Of a DNA stretch of 44,432 nucleotides, positions 33,333 to 44,251 are shown piece after piece; within the stretch, counting starts at the first letter, position 1, and each line of letters begins with the position of its first letter. Source of the DNA: Nemertoderma westbladi (Eukaryota; Animalia; Xenacoelomorpha); NCBI GenBank assembly GCA_032718475.1, contig JAUCBJ010005079.1, forward strand, positions 1-44,432, read 5' to 3'. The position numbers and the translations under genes were made by a program. The notes beneath the pieces are model-generated. The model ran no database searches. It was given only the letters and a program-made list of their open reading frames with translations, and had not been told where the DNA came from.

Positions 33333-36300
33333 GTAGTCAGGTCAGGTCCCCAGATCCTGCTACCACTATGGCAGTAATGTGGTACTACCTGTAGCTGTCA
33401 GCCCAGTAGGGCAGGCCCGATAAGCATAGCCTATTCATTATTTAGTTGATCAAGAGTGGGTTGGTTCAGCCCCGTCAACTAAATAAGTCATTGAAGGCAA
33501 AGGCTCGATACGCATCTGCATTAGAGATGATACAAGCCCCGCCCTGTCTATACTGGATGCTCCTCTACCAGTGTTAGGTAACCTAACCCAGGAGGCACAC
33601 TTGGTTCAGGGTGTAACAAATGGACCCCTACAGTCGGCAGCAGGGCTGTAGGCCATGGGTAGGCGGAAGGTAATCAACCAACGGCTAGACATGCTGACAA
33701 GGTCGGCGGAAGGTAATCAACCAACGGCGACCTACTGCGAAGACGCTTGTAGGAGTTGTGACCACAAGCAGTTTACTCCCGCAACTGAAAGATATGAGTA
33801 TGAGAACCCTCCAGGAGAAATACCGGCTCGGTCGTCGCCCGGGTCAACAAGGACCGCGTCCCTCAGTGGTACACCAGGCTGGGGTCGATAACTACGCTAC
33901 TGGAACAGAAGACAGAGAAGAAAGAAGAACCAACCTGTTGAAATGTAAAAAGACACTAAAGATTGCTACAATGAACGCACGCACGCTGAAAGCACAGAGC
34001 AAACAGGGTGACATAGTCGCTCTGGCAATGGAATATAACATCGACACCATCTGCATCCAAGAACATCGGATTTGTCATGAAGACACTGCCATGAAGTTCA
34101 ATGACATTGGAAATGGATGGACGTTAGTAACAAGCTCAGCAGTAAGAAACTCGGCCAATGCATTAATTGGTGGAGTAGGAATTCTGCTAAGCCCATTTGC
34201 ACTTAAGACCCTAAATAACATCGAATCTATAAATTCCAGGGTTATGATCGCAACATTTGATAGGAATCCCAAGACAACAGTTATATGTTGCTACAGTCCA
34301 ACCAATGCATCAGAGCCAGAACAAGCAGTCAAGTTTTATGAAGAACTGACTGGACTTATTAAGGACATCCCGAAACACAATGTCAAAGTCATTGCTGGTG
34401 ACCTGAATGCGCAAATTGGCCCAGAAGACATCAAGGGTTACACCTATAACACCAGTTCTAACAGAAATGGGTACTTACTTTTAGACCTAATGGAAGAATG
34501 TGAATTGATACCAACAAACAACACATTCGAAAAGAGTAAGGGGAAGCTATGGACCTTTCAATACCCTAATGGAACCAAAGCACAACTGGATTACATCCTT
34601 ATAAACAAAAAGTGGAGAAATAGCATGATCAACTGCGAGGCATACAGCTCATTCAACCTAATTGGTTCGGACCACAGAATTGTGACTGCAGAGATCAGAC
34701 TCAGTTTGAGAGCCAGCAAACCCAGGACAAGCAAGCAAATCAACTATGACTGGGAGAAACTCAGAACTGACAATGCTGTAAAGGATGCTTATACAGTAGA
34801 AGTTCAAAACCGCTTTGAAGCACTTCAGTCAATGGATGAAGACCAATCCACCGATTCAATATACCAGAATATAATAACAGCCCACAAGGAATCAGCTAAG
34901 AGGCATATCCCCCTGAAACCTAAACGAAAACAGTATGTGCCATGGCAAAACTGTGAGGTTACTTGTAAGAGAGAAGATCTTAAGATAGCCTACAAAGTTA
35001 AAACCGAACAACCAACAACCGAAAACATTAACAAGGTTGAGAAAGCTAAGGACGATCTTAAATTGGCCTACAACATCAGCCAGGAAAAGTACATACAGGA
35101 TAAAACTGAAGCAATTACAACTGCTCACATACAGCAACAATCAAGACTTACCTGGCAAACTGTAAATGAGGTATCTGGTCGGAAAAGTTGTGCAAAGGGG
35201 TGCCTCAAAGCTGATAGTCCTGAAGAACGTGTTGGAAAGTGGAAAAATCACTTCAGCAACTTGCTTGGGCAGCCACCAAACATCGAGGTCAGCCCTACAA
35301 GGAAAATATATGACAAGACACTACCTATAGAAACAGGGGACTTCACACCTGCCGAACTCCAAAGAAGCATTAAAAGCATGTCCAATAATAAAGCGAGTGA
35401 ATTAGATGAAATCCCAGCGGAGGTATGGAAAACCGGAGTGCTAAATAGACCATTATTGAATGTTTGCAACCGGATGTTAAAAGGGGAAAAGCCACCACCA
35501 ATTTGGACTAAAGGTCAACTAAAGCCTCTCCCCAAGAAAGGAGACCTCGGCATACCAACAAACTATCGTGGGATCTGTCTGCTTGTGGTAGCTGCCAAAA
35601 TATACAATAAAATGATTCTATATAGGATTAGGCCTCACATAGAGAAACTACTGCGTAAGAGCCAAAACGGATTTCGACCAAGTAGATCAACAATAGCTCA
35701 GATACTTGCACTACGGAGACTGATTGAAGGAATTAAGTCAAAGAATCTCCCCGCAGTCATGACTTTTGTGGACTTCAAGAAGGCATTCGACTCCATCCAT
35801 AGAGGTAAAATGCTTGAAATCCTAAGAGCTTATGGAATACCAGAAGTAATTGTTGCTGGCATTGGATTGTTATATTGTGACACAGAAGCGCAGGTACTCT
35901 CACCAGATGGTGAAACTGAGTTTTTCTCAATTCTGGCTGGCGTACTGCAAGGTGACACCTTAGCACCATTACTATTTGTAATTGTGCTGGATTACGCAAT
36001 GAGGATGGCCACAAAGGGTGAAGATCTGGGATTCACACTTCAAGAACGCAGAAGTAGTAGATATCCGGCAACTACAGTCACAGACACCGACTTTGCGGAT
36101 GACATTGCCCTGCTCTCTAATACGCTAGCAGATGCACAGCTTCTACTAAATAAAGTGGAGAGGGCTGCTAAGAAGGTTGGATTGCATATAAATGCTACCA
36201 AGACCGAATTCATGACCTTTAATGTTGATGGAAACTTGACAACCATTGATAATAATCAACTAAGGAAGGTCGATGACTTCCAGTACCTTGGATCATGGAT

Positions 36301-36847
36301 AGAGAGTAGCAAAAAGGACATAGAAGTTAGGAAAGCAAAGGCTTGGGTAGCTCTATCAAAAATGGATACCATCTGGAAATCAGATCTCTCCAGGCACCTG
36401 AAGACTAAGTTCTTTCGAGCCACAGTGGAAAGTGTATTTTTATACGGGGGTGAGACCTGGACACTGACTAAATCACTTGAACAACGAATTGATGGTTGCT
36501 ACACAAGACTACTAAGGGCAGCCCTAAACATCAGCTGGAGACAACACATGACAAACGCCGAGCTTTATGGTACAATACCACCTGTATCAACCACCCTCCG
36601 TGAACGCAGATTAAGATTCAGTGGGCACTGCTGGCGAAGTAAAGACGAGGTCATACCAGATCTACTTCTCTGGCAACCAACTCATGGAAAGCGTAGTCGT
36701 GGACGACCGGCCATAACATATATAGATCAACTTGAAAGGGATACTGAACTTGGGAGAAACGAAATTGCGACAACTATGGAGAATCGGGAAGCCTGGAAGG
36801 ATCTCATTTACACTGTCCGAGTTCGCTCGACCTAGTAGTAGTAGTAG
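33333..36847 (+). mobile_element. Full-length RTE-clade LINE (family B)
   Basis: ~430-bp 5' UTR, a single APE+RT ORF, a (TAG)n tail starting at the stop codon, and a long TSD. Confidence 0.95.
33758..36835 (+). CDS. RTE ORF: AP-like endonuclease plus reverse transcriptase, uninterrupted (first ATG at 33794)
   Basis: Motifs ATMNARTL, ICIQEHR, YSPT, GDLNA, LDYIL, GSDHR, FVDFKKAFDS, GVLQGDTLAP and DFADDI. Confidence 0.97.
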   Translation: MTTSSLLPQLKDMSMRTLQEKYRLGRRPGQQGPRPSVVHQAGVDNYATGTEDREERRTNLLKCKKTLKIATMNARTLKAQSKQGDIVALAMEYNIDTICIQEHRICHEDTAMKFNDIGNGWTLVTSSAVRNSANALIGGVGILLSPFALKTLNNIESINSRVMIATFDRNPKTTVICCYSPTNASEPEQAVKFYEELTGLIKDIPKHNVKVIAGDLNAQIGPEDIKGYTYNTSSNRNGYLLLDLMEECELIPTNNTFEKSKGKLWTFQYPNGTKAQLDYILINKKWRNSMINCEAYSSFNLIGSDHRIVTAEIRLSLRASKPRTSKQINYDWEKLRTDNAVKDAYTVEVQNRFEALQSMDEDQSTDSIYQNIITAHKESAKRHIPLKPKRKQYVPWQNCEVTCKREDLKIAYKVKTEQPTTENINKVEKAKDDLKLAYNISQEKYIQDKTEAITTAHIQQQSRLTWQTVNEVSGRKSCAKGCLKADSPEERVGKWKNHFSNLLGQPPNIEVSPTRKIYDKTLPIETGDFTPAELQRSIKSMSNNKASELDEIPAEVWKTGVLNRPLLNVCNRMLKGEKPPPIWTKGQLKPLPKKGDLGIPTNYRGICLLVVAAKIYNKMILYRIRPHIEKLLRKSQNGFRPSRSTIAQILALRRLIEGIKSKNLPAVMTFVDFKKAFDSIHRGKMLEILRAYGIPEVIVAGIGLLYCDTEAQVLSPDGETEFFSILAGVLQGDTLAPLLFVIVLDYAMRMATKGEDLGFTLQERRSSRYPATTVTDTDFADDIALLSNTLADAQLLLNKVERAAKKVGLHINATKTEFMTFNVDGNLTTIDNNQLRKVDDFQYLGSWIESSKKDIEVRKAKAWVALSKMDTIWKSDLSRHLKTKFFRATVESVFLYGGETWTLTKSLEQRIDGCYTRLLRAALNISWRQHMTNAELYGTIPPVSTTLRERRLRFSGHCWRSKDEVIPDLLLWQPTHGKRSRGRPAITYIDQLERDTELGRNEIATTMENREAWKDLIYTVRVRST

Positions 36848-37208
36848 TAAAACTTTTCTCAACCGCAATCTTGCATTTAAGAAAGTATTCCTTCTCCACT
36901 TCCAATATCCGGTGACTGGCCGGAATTCCGTGGTCTAAAAGTTCCACCTCCAGCATCGGCGTTTTCCCCCATGGTGTCGGGAATAACGGCAACATATGTT
37001 AACAATCCATTTATTTCAGATATAAAAGAGCAATTACTCAAACAATACGCAGATGTATTCAGATCACAGGGTAAACTGTCGACAAGGGTTAGTGACCCGA
37101 TGCGTATAGAACTAAAAGACCACGTGCAACCATTCACTATCCATACAGCCTGCCCAATTCCATTCGCACGCTGTGAGAATGTTAAACAAGAAATTGACAA
37201 TATTTTAA
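36848..37208 (+). repeat. Right copy of the ~361-bp TSD, including a second copy of the BEL 3' terminus (ending 36994)
   Basis: Matches 32972-33332. Confidence 0.95.
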
Positions 37209-39638
37209 ATTGCCATATCATTGAATGCGTTGGTGATCGGGCAACGGAATGGTGCCACCCATTGGTTATAGCTCCCAAACCCAATGGTGGAATACGTATC
37301 ACTGTTAATTTAACTAAACTGAATTCTCAAGTAAAGCAGACAGTCCATAATTCAAGAACTCCGTTCAACACCGTTTCTGAAATAACTCCCGGTGCCCAAC
37401 ATTTCACTACCCTGGATGCAAACAAGGGGTATTGGCAGGTCGAGTTAGAGGAGGCGTCACGAGACCTAACCACATTTATAACTCCCTGGGGCAGATTCCG
37501 TTATACCAGGGCACCCATGGGCTTCATATCGACGGGCGACAGTTACAATTTACGTGGAGATCTCGCAATGGAGGGTTTAGAGAAAGTCTATAAAGTTGTA
37601 GATGATATCATTATCGAAGATACTTCATTCGATAATCATTTACAGAAAGTCAAAGTTGTTCTAGAACGCTGTAGGAAATTCGGGATTACATCAAACACCG
37701 AAAAATTCAAATTCACCCTACTGGAAGTAATGTTTGGTGGGTACTTAATTTCTCGGAGTGATATCACCCCAGACCCAACAAATTAAATGCGATCAGAGAC
37801 TTCCCGGAACCTACCAACATTACGGACCTCCAATCATTTATGGGTTTAGTTAACCAGTTGGAAAGTTTTTCCTCAGAAATTAGCGCAGCAGCGACACCTT
37901 TGCAAAGTTTGTTGTGCACTCGCAACCAGTTTACTTGGCTGGAACATCATAAATTGGCCTTCGAAAAAGTTAAAACTGTACTCAGCAGCCCACCAATACT
38001 AGCCAATGGAGACTATTCTGGAATGTGACACGAGTCGACTCAAGGGATATAGATTCGACTTACTCCAAAAACACGATGACAAATGGAAACTTGTCATGTA
38101 TGGCAGTCGATTTTTATCAGATGTGGAATCGAGATATGCTATGATCGAACTCGAGGCTTTATCTATAAAGTATGCTATCGAAAAGTGTCGATTATACTTA
38201 GCTGGTATTACCCACTTTACCGTGGTTACGGATCACAATCCCCTAGTAACCATATTTAACAAATATTCGTTAAACCAAATAGATAACCTCAAACTTCAGA
38301 AAATCAAATTGTCTCTCCGAACTGCTTACCAATTCACTGTTAAGTGGAGAAAAGGGAAGGAACACATCGTCGCGGATTGCCTTAGCTGGTCCCCCATCGA
38401 TGATCCCCAGGAAGACGAATCATCATCTATAATGGCGCCAATCAGCGAAACGTTGGGTGTCGCTACCTCGGTCATAATGGGCTGCGAAACAACTAAACCT
38501 GGGTGGATTTCAGATCCAATTCTTGAGGAAATTCGAATTTCCGCCAAACTTTATGACGATTACCAACAACTTATTAAAGAAATTCAATTGGGTTTTACCA
38601 ACCCCCAGTGCTGGACACCGTATATTAAACAGTTCATCTCTATACAAAACGATTTGTTGATTGATGACAACCTTATATTATACAGATCACGTATTATTAT
38701 TCCCCGCGCTATGCAACCGGATGTTATAAAGAAACTACACAGTTCCCACCAAGGGACAACTCATACGAAACAAAGGGCTGATTTGGCTGTGCATTGGCCG
38801 GGAATAACTAAGGATATTACCCATACAATACAAAAATGCAATGTCTGCCAAGAAAAACGACCCAGTCTCCCCAAAGAGGAGATGACTAACGATCCTCTTC
38901 CTAACCGATCACTCATATCTCGTCTATGTGGATCATCTTTCCGGCTACCCGATTGTTGTAGCCGAGTTTACAAAGACACCCGACTCAACAAAGGTGGCAT
39001 ATGTAACCCGTAAATTTGTTATGGATATGGGAGTCCCAATGTGATTTCGATTTGACAGAGGCCCTCAGTTCGCCTCTGCTAAATTCGATAAGTTCCTCAA
39101 ACGTTGGGGGGTTAAATGGGCACCAAGTACACCCCATTACCCACAATCTAACGGACATGCGGAGACTGCCGTAAAGTCGATGAAGGAATTACTATCCAAA
39201 ATGGCATCTTCACACATAGATAGTGATGAATTCCAAGAAGGTGTTCTAGAATTCCGTAAAACTCTCAAGTAAGACGGCATTTCACCAAATCAAATGATGT
39301 TTGGGCACAACTTACGCTCTCGTATTCCTGCTCACCATTCATCCTTCCAACATCATTGGCAGGATATTGCTGATAACGCAGATACATATGGCGATGTCAC
39401 TACCGACTCAACATATGGTGACGTCACTACCGACTCGAGAATGAAATATTATTACAACCGATCAGCACGCAATCTCCACCCACATAAAATAAATACGCAA
39501 GTACATATACAGGACCCACGTACCAAGCTATGGGACCAAATCGGCAAGATTATTGGCATTGGTCAGCATCATGATTATCGCATTAAACAGCGCTCAGGCC
39601 GCACTTTGTGGCGCAATCCCAGATTTATACGCGAATAG
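37000..39638 (+). pseudogene. Gypsy pol: RT, RNase H and integrase (frameshifts, stops, probable internal deletion in IN)
   Basis: Motifs WCHPLVIAPKPNGGIRI, LDANKGYWQV, TTFITPWG, KVVDDII, YAMIELEAL, VTDHNPL, LHSSHQG..HWPG..CNVCQ and PHYPQSNGHAE. Confidence 0.9.
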
Positions 39639-39796
39639 GTACCCACAGACACGGAAAGTATTGAATTAGATTCAAACACAGACTCTTGTTCCGAAACTGA
39701 AACTAAATTAGATAGGCCCAATATACCGGAACCTCAGATCCTACGACATTCCCCACGATTAAACAAATAGTAATGTCTGCTTTTTTTTATACTTCC

Positions 39797-39820
39797 AAAA
39801 AAGAAATGAAAAAAATGAGT
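39797..39820 (+). promoter_or_regulatory. Polypurine tract of the Gypsy element
   Basis: AAAAAAGAAATGAAAAAAATGAGT directly precedes the 3' LTR. Confidence 0.65.
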
Positions 39821-40031
39821 TGATATACTCTTGGACCCTGGATCTGAGACCTGGGATGTACCGGTAGGTAGGAGATATACTGCTTACTGTGTTGTTCTAT
39901 TCATGGCCTGCCTGTGTATTACTGTTCTATGGACTGACACTTATATACATACCTGAAACGCACTGATTATTAATATTACACTGCTTAATGCATATTATCA
40001 GTATTATTTTATACGTTCCGGGGTTAGTACA
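39821..40031 (+). repeat. Gypsy 3' LTR
   Basis: TGATATACTC...TTAGTACA followed by the GGCGC TSD. Confidence 0.95.
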
Positions 40032-41052
40032 GGCGCGAGAGGTAACGCGAGAGGTAACGCAAGAGGGCGCGAGAGGTAACGCGAGAAGGCACGAGAGGCA
40101 ACGCGAGAGGGTGCAAGAGGGCGCGAGAGGTAACGGGAGAGGGTGTGTGAGGGCACGAGAGGTAACGTGAGAGGGGGCGAGAGGGCGCGAGAGGTAACGC
40201 GAGAGGGCGCGAGAGGTAACGCGAGAGGGCGCGAGAGATAACATGAGAGGGTGCAAGAGGTACCACAAGAGGGTGCGAGAGGTAACGCGAGAGGGCGCGA
40301 GAGGTAACACGAGAGGGCGCGAGAGGTAACGCGAGAGGGCACGAGAGGTAACATGAGAGGGCATGAGAGGTAACGCGAGAGGGTGCGAGAGGTAACACGA
40401 GAGGGCGCGAGAGGTGATGCGAGAGGGCGCGAGAGGTAATGCGAGAGGGCGCGAGAGGTAACGGGAAGGGTGCGAGAGGTAACACGAGCGAGAGGTAACA
40501 CGAGAGGGCGCGAGAGGTAACGCGAGAGGACGCGAGAGGGCGTGAGAGGTAACGCGAGAGGGCGCGACAGGGCGCGAGAGGTACGTGAGAGGGCACGAGA
40601 GGTAATGCGAGAGGGCGCAAGAGGTAACATGAGAGGGCACGAGAGGTAACGCGAGAGGGTGCGAGAGGGCATGAGAGATAACGCGAGAGGTAATGCGAGA
40701 GGGCGCAAGAGGTAGCGAGAAGTAACGCAAGAGGACGCGAGAGGTAACGCTAGAGGGTGCGAGAGGTAACGCGAGAGGGCGCAAGAGGTAACACGAGAGG
40801 GCGCAACAGGTAATGCAAGAGGTAACGCGAGAGGGCACGAGAGGTAATGCAAGAGGGCGCGAGAGGTAACGCGAGAGGGCGCGAGAGGTAACGCGAGAGG
40901 GCACAAGAGGTAATGCGATAGGGCACGAGAGGTAATGCGAGAGGGCGCAAGAGGTAACGCGAGAGGGCGCAAGAGGTAATGCGAGCGGGCGCGAGAGGTA
41001 ATGCGAGAGGGCGCGAGAGGGCGCACAAATGACAGGTAACGCGAGAGGGCAC
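40032..41052. repeat. 22-bp minisatellite array, right part
   Basis: GCGAGAGGTAACGCGAGAGGGC units with many CpG-decay variants. Confidence 0.95.
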
Positions 41053-41143
41053 ACAAGTGAATGAAAATGAAACGCTAATTGTCATTGTTGTCACACATGT
41101 CAGCATGTCATATATTAATTTTGTATAAGTTTAGGTAGGAGTA

Positions 41144-42420
41144 GTACCGGTAGGTAGGAGATATACTGCTTAGTGTTGTTCTATTCATGGCCTGCCTGTG
41201 TATTACTGTTCTATGGACTGACACTTATATACATACCTGAAACGCACTGATTATTAATATTACACTGCTTAATGCATATTATCAGTATTATTTTATACGT
41301 TCCGGGGTTAGTACAGGCGTGAGAGGTAACGCGAGAGGGCGTGAGAGGTAACGCAAGAGGGCGCGAGAGGTAACGCGAGAAGGCACGAGAGGCAATGCGA
41401 GAGGGTGCAAGAGGGCGCGAGAGGTAACGGGAGAGGGTGTGTGAGGGCACGAGAGGTAACGTGAGAGGGGGCGAGAGGGTGCGAGAGGTAACGCGAGAGG
41501 GCGCGAGAGGTAACGCGAGAGGGCGCGAGAGATAACACGAGAGGGTGCAAGAGGTACCACAAGAGGGTGCGAGAGGTAACGCGAGAGGGCGCGAGAGGTA
41601 ACATGAGAGGGCGCGAGAGGTAACGCGAGAGGGCACGAGAGGTAACACGAGAGGGCATGAGAGGTAACGCGAGAGGGTGCGAGAGGTAACACGAGAGGGC
41701 GCAAGAGGTGATGCGAGAGGGCGCGAGAGGTAATGCGAGAGGGCGCGAGAGGTAACGGGAGAGGGTGCGAGAGGTAACACGAGCGAGAGGTAACACGAGA
41801 GGGCGCGAGAGGTAACGCGAGAGGGCGTGAGAGGTAACGCGAGAGGGCGCGACAGGGCGCGAGAGGTACGTGAGAGGGCACGAGAGGTAATGCGAGAGGG
41901 CGCAAGAGGTAACATGAGAGGGCACGAGAGGTAACGCGAGATGGTGCGAGAGGGCATGAGAGATAACGCGAGAGGTAATGCGAGAGGGCGCAAGAGGTAG
42001 CGAGAGGTAACGCAAGAGGACGCGAGAGGTAACTCTAGAGGGTGCGAGAGGTAACGCGAGAGGGCGCAAGAGGGCGCAACAGGTAATGCAAGAGGTAACG
42101 CGAGAGGGCGCGAGAGGTAACGCAAGAGGGCGCGAGAGGTAACGCAAGAGGGCGCGAGAGGTAACGCGAGAGGGCACAAGAGGTAATGCGATAGGGCACG
42201 AGAGGTAATGCGAGAGGGCGCAAGAGGTAACGCGAGAGGGCGCAAGAGGTAACGCGAGAGGGCGCGAGAGGTAACGCGAGAGGGCGCGAGAGGTAACGTG
42301 AGAGAGCGCACAAATGACAGGTAACGCGAGAGGGCACACAAGTGAATGAAAATGAAACGCTAATTGTCATTGTTGTCACACATGTCAGCATGTCATATAT
42401 TAATTTTGTATAAGTTTAGG
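41144..42420 (+). repeat. Tandem duplicate of 39858-41135 (partial Gypsy LTR 41144-41315, minisatellite 41316-42337 and unique flank)
   Basis: Same order of variant satellite units and the same flanking sequence ending TAAGTTTAGG. Confidence 0.92.
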
Positions 42421-42654
42421 CCTGCAGGTGTGTCTATAGGTATATAATATCTAATTATTTAAAGTATTATACTGTTAGACTAATTATTTAAGAAGCAATT
42501 TCTGGAATGTACGTCAAAAGGAAAAACACCAGTCACAGAATCGCAAAGAACACAGTCTACATTTGCAAATATCTATTGTAAAACTTTTCCAAAAATGAAG
42601 CTCAGTGGGCATCATTAAAATTCTTAAATCCTACAATATTGTGTGCATACCAAC

Positions 42655-42791
42655 CATATGTGGAGCACTTATAGTTGCCGCATATCCAATAGTTTGAGGG
42701 GAATCAGCGTAGGCATTGGTTTTAACAAAGTTACCTCGGTCAATGGTTATCAATGCTCGTTCTACTGCAGGAGTCTTTATGACACCATTTC
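42655..42791 (-). CDS. PCMT1: Coding exon of protein-L-isoaspartate O-methyltransferase (not in the ORF track)
   Basis: The minus strand reads (x)NGVIKTPAVERALITIDRGNFVKTNAYADSPQTIGYAATISAPHM, the PIMT signature. Acceptor TTATCATAG, donor GTTGGT, 137 nt. Confidence 0.95.
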
Positions 42792-42941
42792 CTATGATAA
42801 CAGATATAAAATGTTAATCGCCTAACTCAAACCCCTAACTATTATTTCCTTTATATAAATAATACTTGTGTATGTAAAGTAACATTTATTATTATACTTC
42901 TGCAACCATGCGCAAACCAGTCCTCCACACTGGAATCCTTA

Positions 42942-43117
42942 CAGGGTGCGCCGGATTTATCCGGCGCGCATTGAAAAGCCTGGCGCGCAAATTTGGCGCG
43001 TTTTCGTAAAACGCGCCAAGCTTTGGCGCGCTGGCGCGCAAAAATTATGCATTGGCGCGCTGGCGCGCAAAAATTATTCATTGGCGCGCTACAAATATTT
43101 CATGCCGGGCCACCTCC
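42942..43117. repeat. GCGCGC-rich short element, possibly a degenerate MITE
   Basis: Starts CAGGGTGCGCC and has repeated TGGCGCGC. The right terminus is poorly conserved. Confidence 0.3.
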
Positions 43118-43394
43118 ACCGCTCCACCTATCCCTACACACATCCCATACAGTCACCCTATCAGCATTTATAATTTTACATAGATACCCCGTCGCTATGT
43201 AAATCCTAGATACCGGTACCAGCTGACCAACCAGTGACCAGTCCTGCAGTCTGCCTGCAGCTGCAATCAACTACCCGGTACCGCGTACCTGTATGTGTGC
43301 TCTGTATGGTACTGTACCGGTACCCCAGGTTGGAATTCATGCTGCAAAACTCGGACGCGTACCTGCGCGAATGACCGCAAACCAGATGCGCGTT

Positions 43395-43511
43395 GCGCGT
43401 TTGGGTGAGACAGGTGCGCATTCGGGTGAGACAGGTGCGCGTTCTGGGTGAGACAGGTGCGCGTTTGGGTGAGACAGGCACGTGCGCGTTCGGGTGAGAC
43501 AGGTGCGCGTT
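43395..43511. repeat. Five ~21-25-bp tandem repeats (GCGCGTTTGGGTGAGACAGGT)
   Basis: GGGTGAGACAGG occurs at about 43403, 43424, 43446, 43467 and 43492. Confidence 0.9.
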
Positions 43512-44087
43512 GCGCCTCAGCGCGCAGCTCTGATGCGCGCCACAAATTAATTGAAATCACGAAAATACACAAAAAAATTTCGCTCGCTTCGCTCGCGTTA
43601 TTTCTCATTTCCAATTCTTCAAACTGTCAAATCATTTCTCCTATCTGTAATACTGTACAGGCAACCGGAGCTGAATTTGTCTATTTATTTCAACTACAGT
43701 GACAGTACTCTATTGTTATTAGGCCTATGCCTATCAGCCTATTGCCTATGTTACGTTAGTAAACAGGTAAAGTCAGAAAGTAACAATGTATTATAAGTAT
43801 GACTTAACTATTGCATATTTATTCACATTTTATACAGTAGAGTAATGTATTTTCAAATGTAAATGTAGTGGATTCAAAAAATATTTTTTAATATTAACCA
43901 TTTTGATGTTGCAAAAATAACATGTATTATGTAGGCCTAGATTCAACGTACAGACAGACAGCCGTACTAAGATACGCTTAAAACGCAATTCTATGCAAAT
44001 TTTGCCTATTATTAATCTACGCCTATTTGCAATAGGGAAAGAGGATTGAATTGGGTGGGGGGGGGGGGGGGGGGGTGTAGTTTTGAT

Positions 44088-44251
44088 CAGGGATGGCATA
44101 ACGAAAACGAAACAAAGCATAGTTGCTAATAATGAAACGAAAAAATTATGTAAGGTAAAAATGCCAAACGAAATAAAAACACAAACAAATAACGAAACAA
44201 AATAATATAAGTTTCGTTTTTTTTTTGTTTCGTTTCGTTATGCCAGCCCTG
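44088..44251. mobile_element. hAT-type MITE (164 bp)
   Basis: TIRs CAGGG(A/C)TGGCATAACGAAA and an 8-bp TSD GTTTTGAT/GTGTTGAT (7/8 match). Confidence 0.8.

Larger units (their letters stand above)
16794..40031 (+). mobile_element. Ty3/Gypsy (Mag-like) LTR retrotransposon, degenerate, carrying nested BEL/Pao and RTE insertions
   Basis: 211-bp TG...CA LTRs, 5-bp TSD GGCGC (16789-93 and 40032-36), PBS, PPT, and gag-PR-RT-RH-IN order. Confidence 0.95.

Noticed and set aside
33333-33757. HDV-like ribozyme in the RTE 5' UTR
   Set aside because: Such ribozymes are common in RTEs, but I could not assemble the nested double pseudoknot by eye. It needs a descriptor search.
39927-42391. Long minus-strand ORFs (343-376 aa)
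   Set aside because: Artefacts of the stop-poor 22-bp minisatellite, open in several frames.
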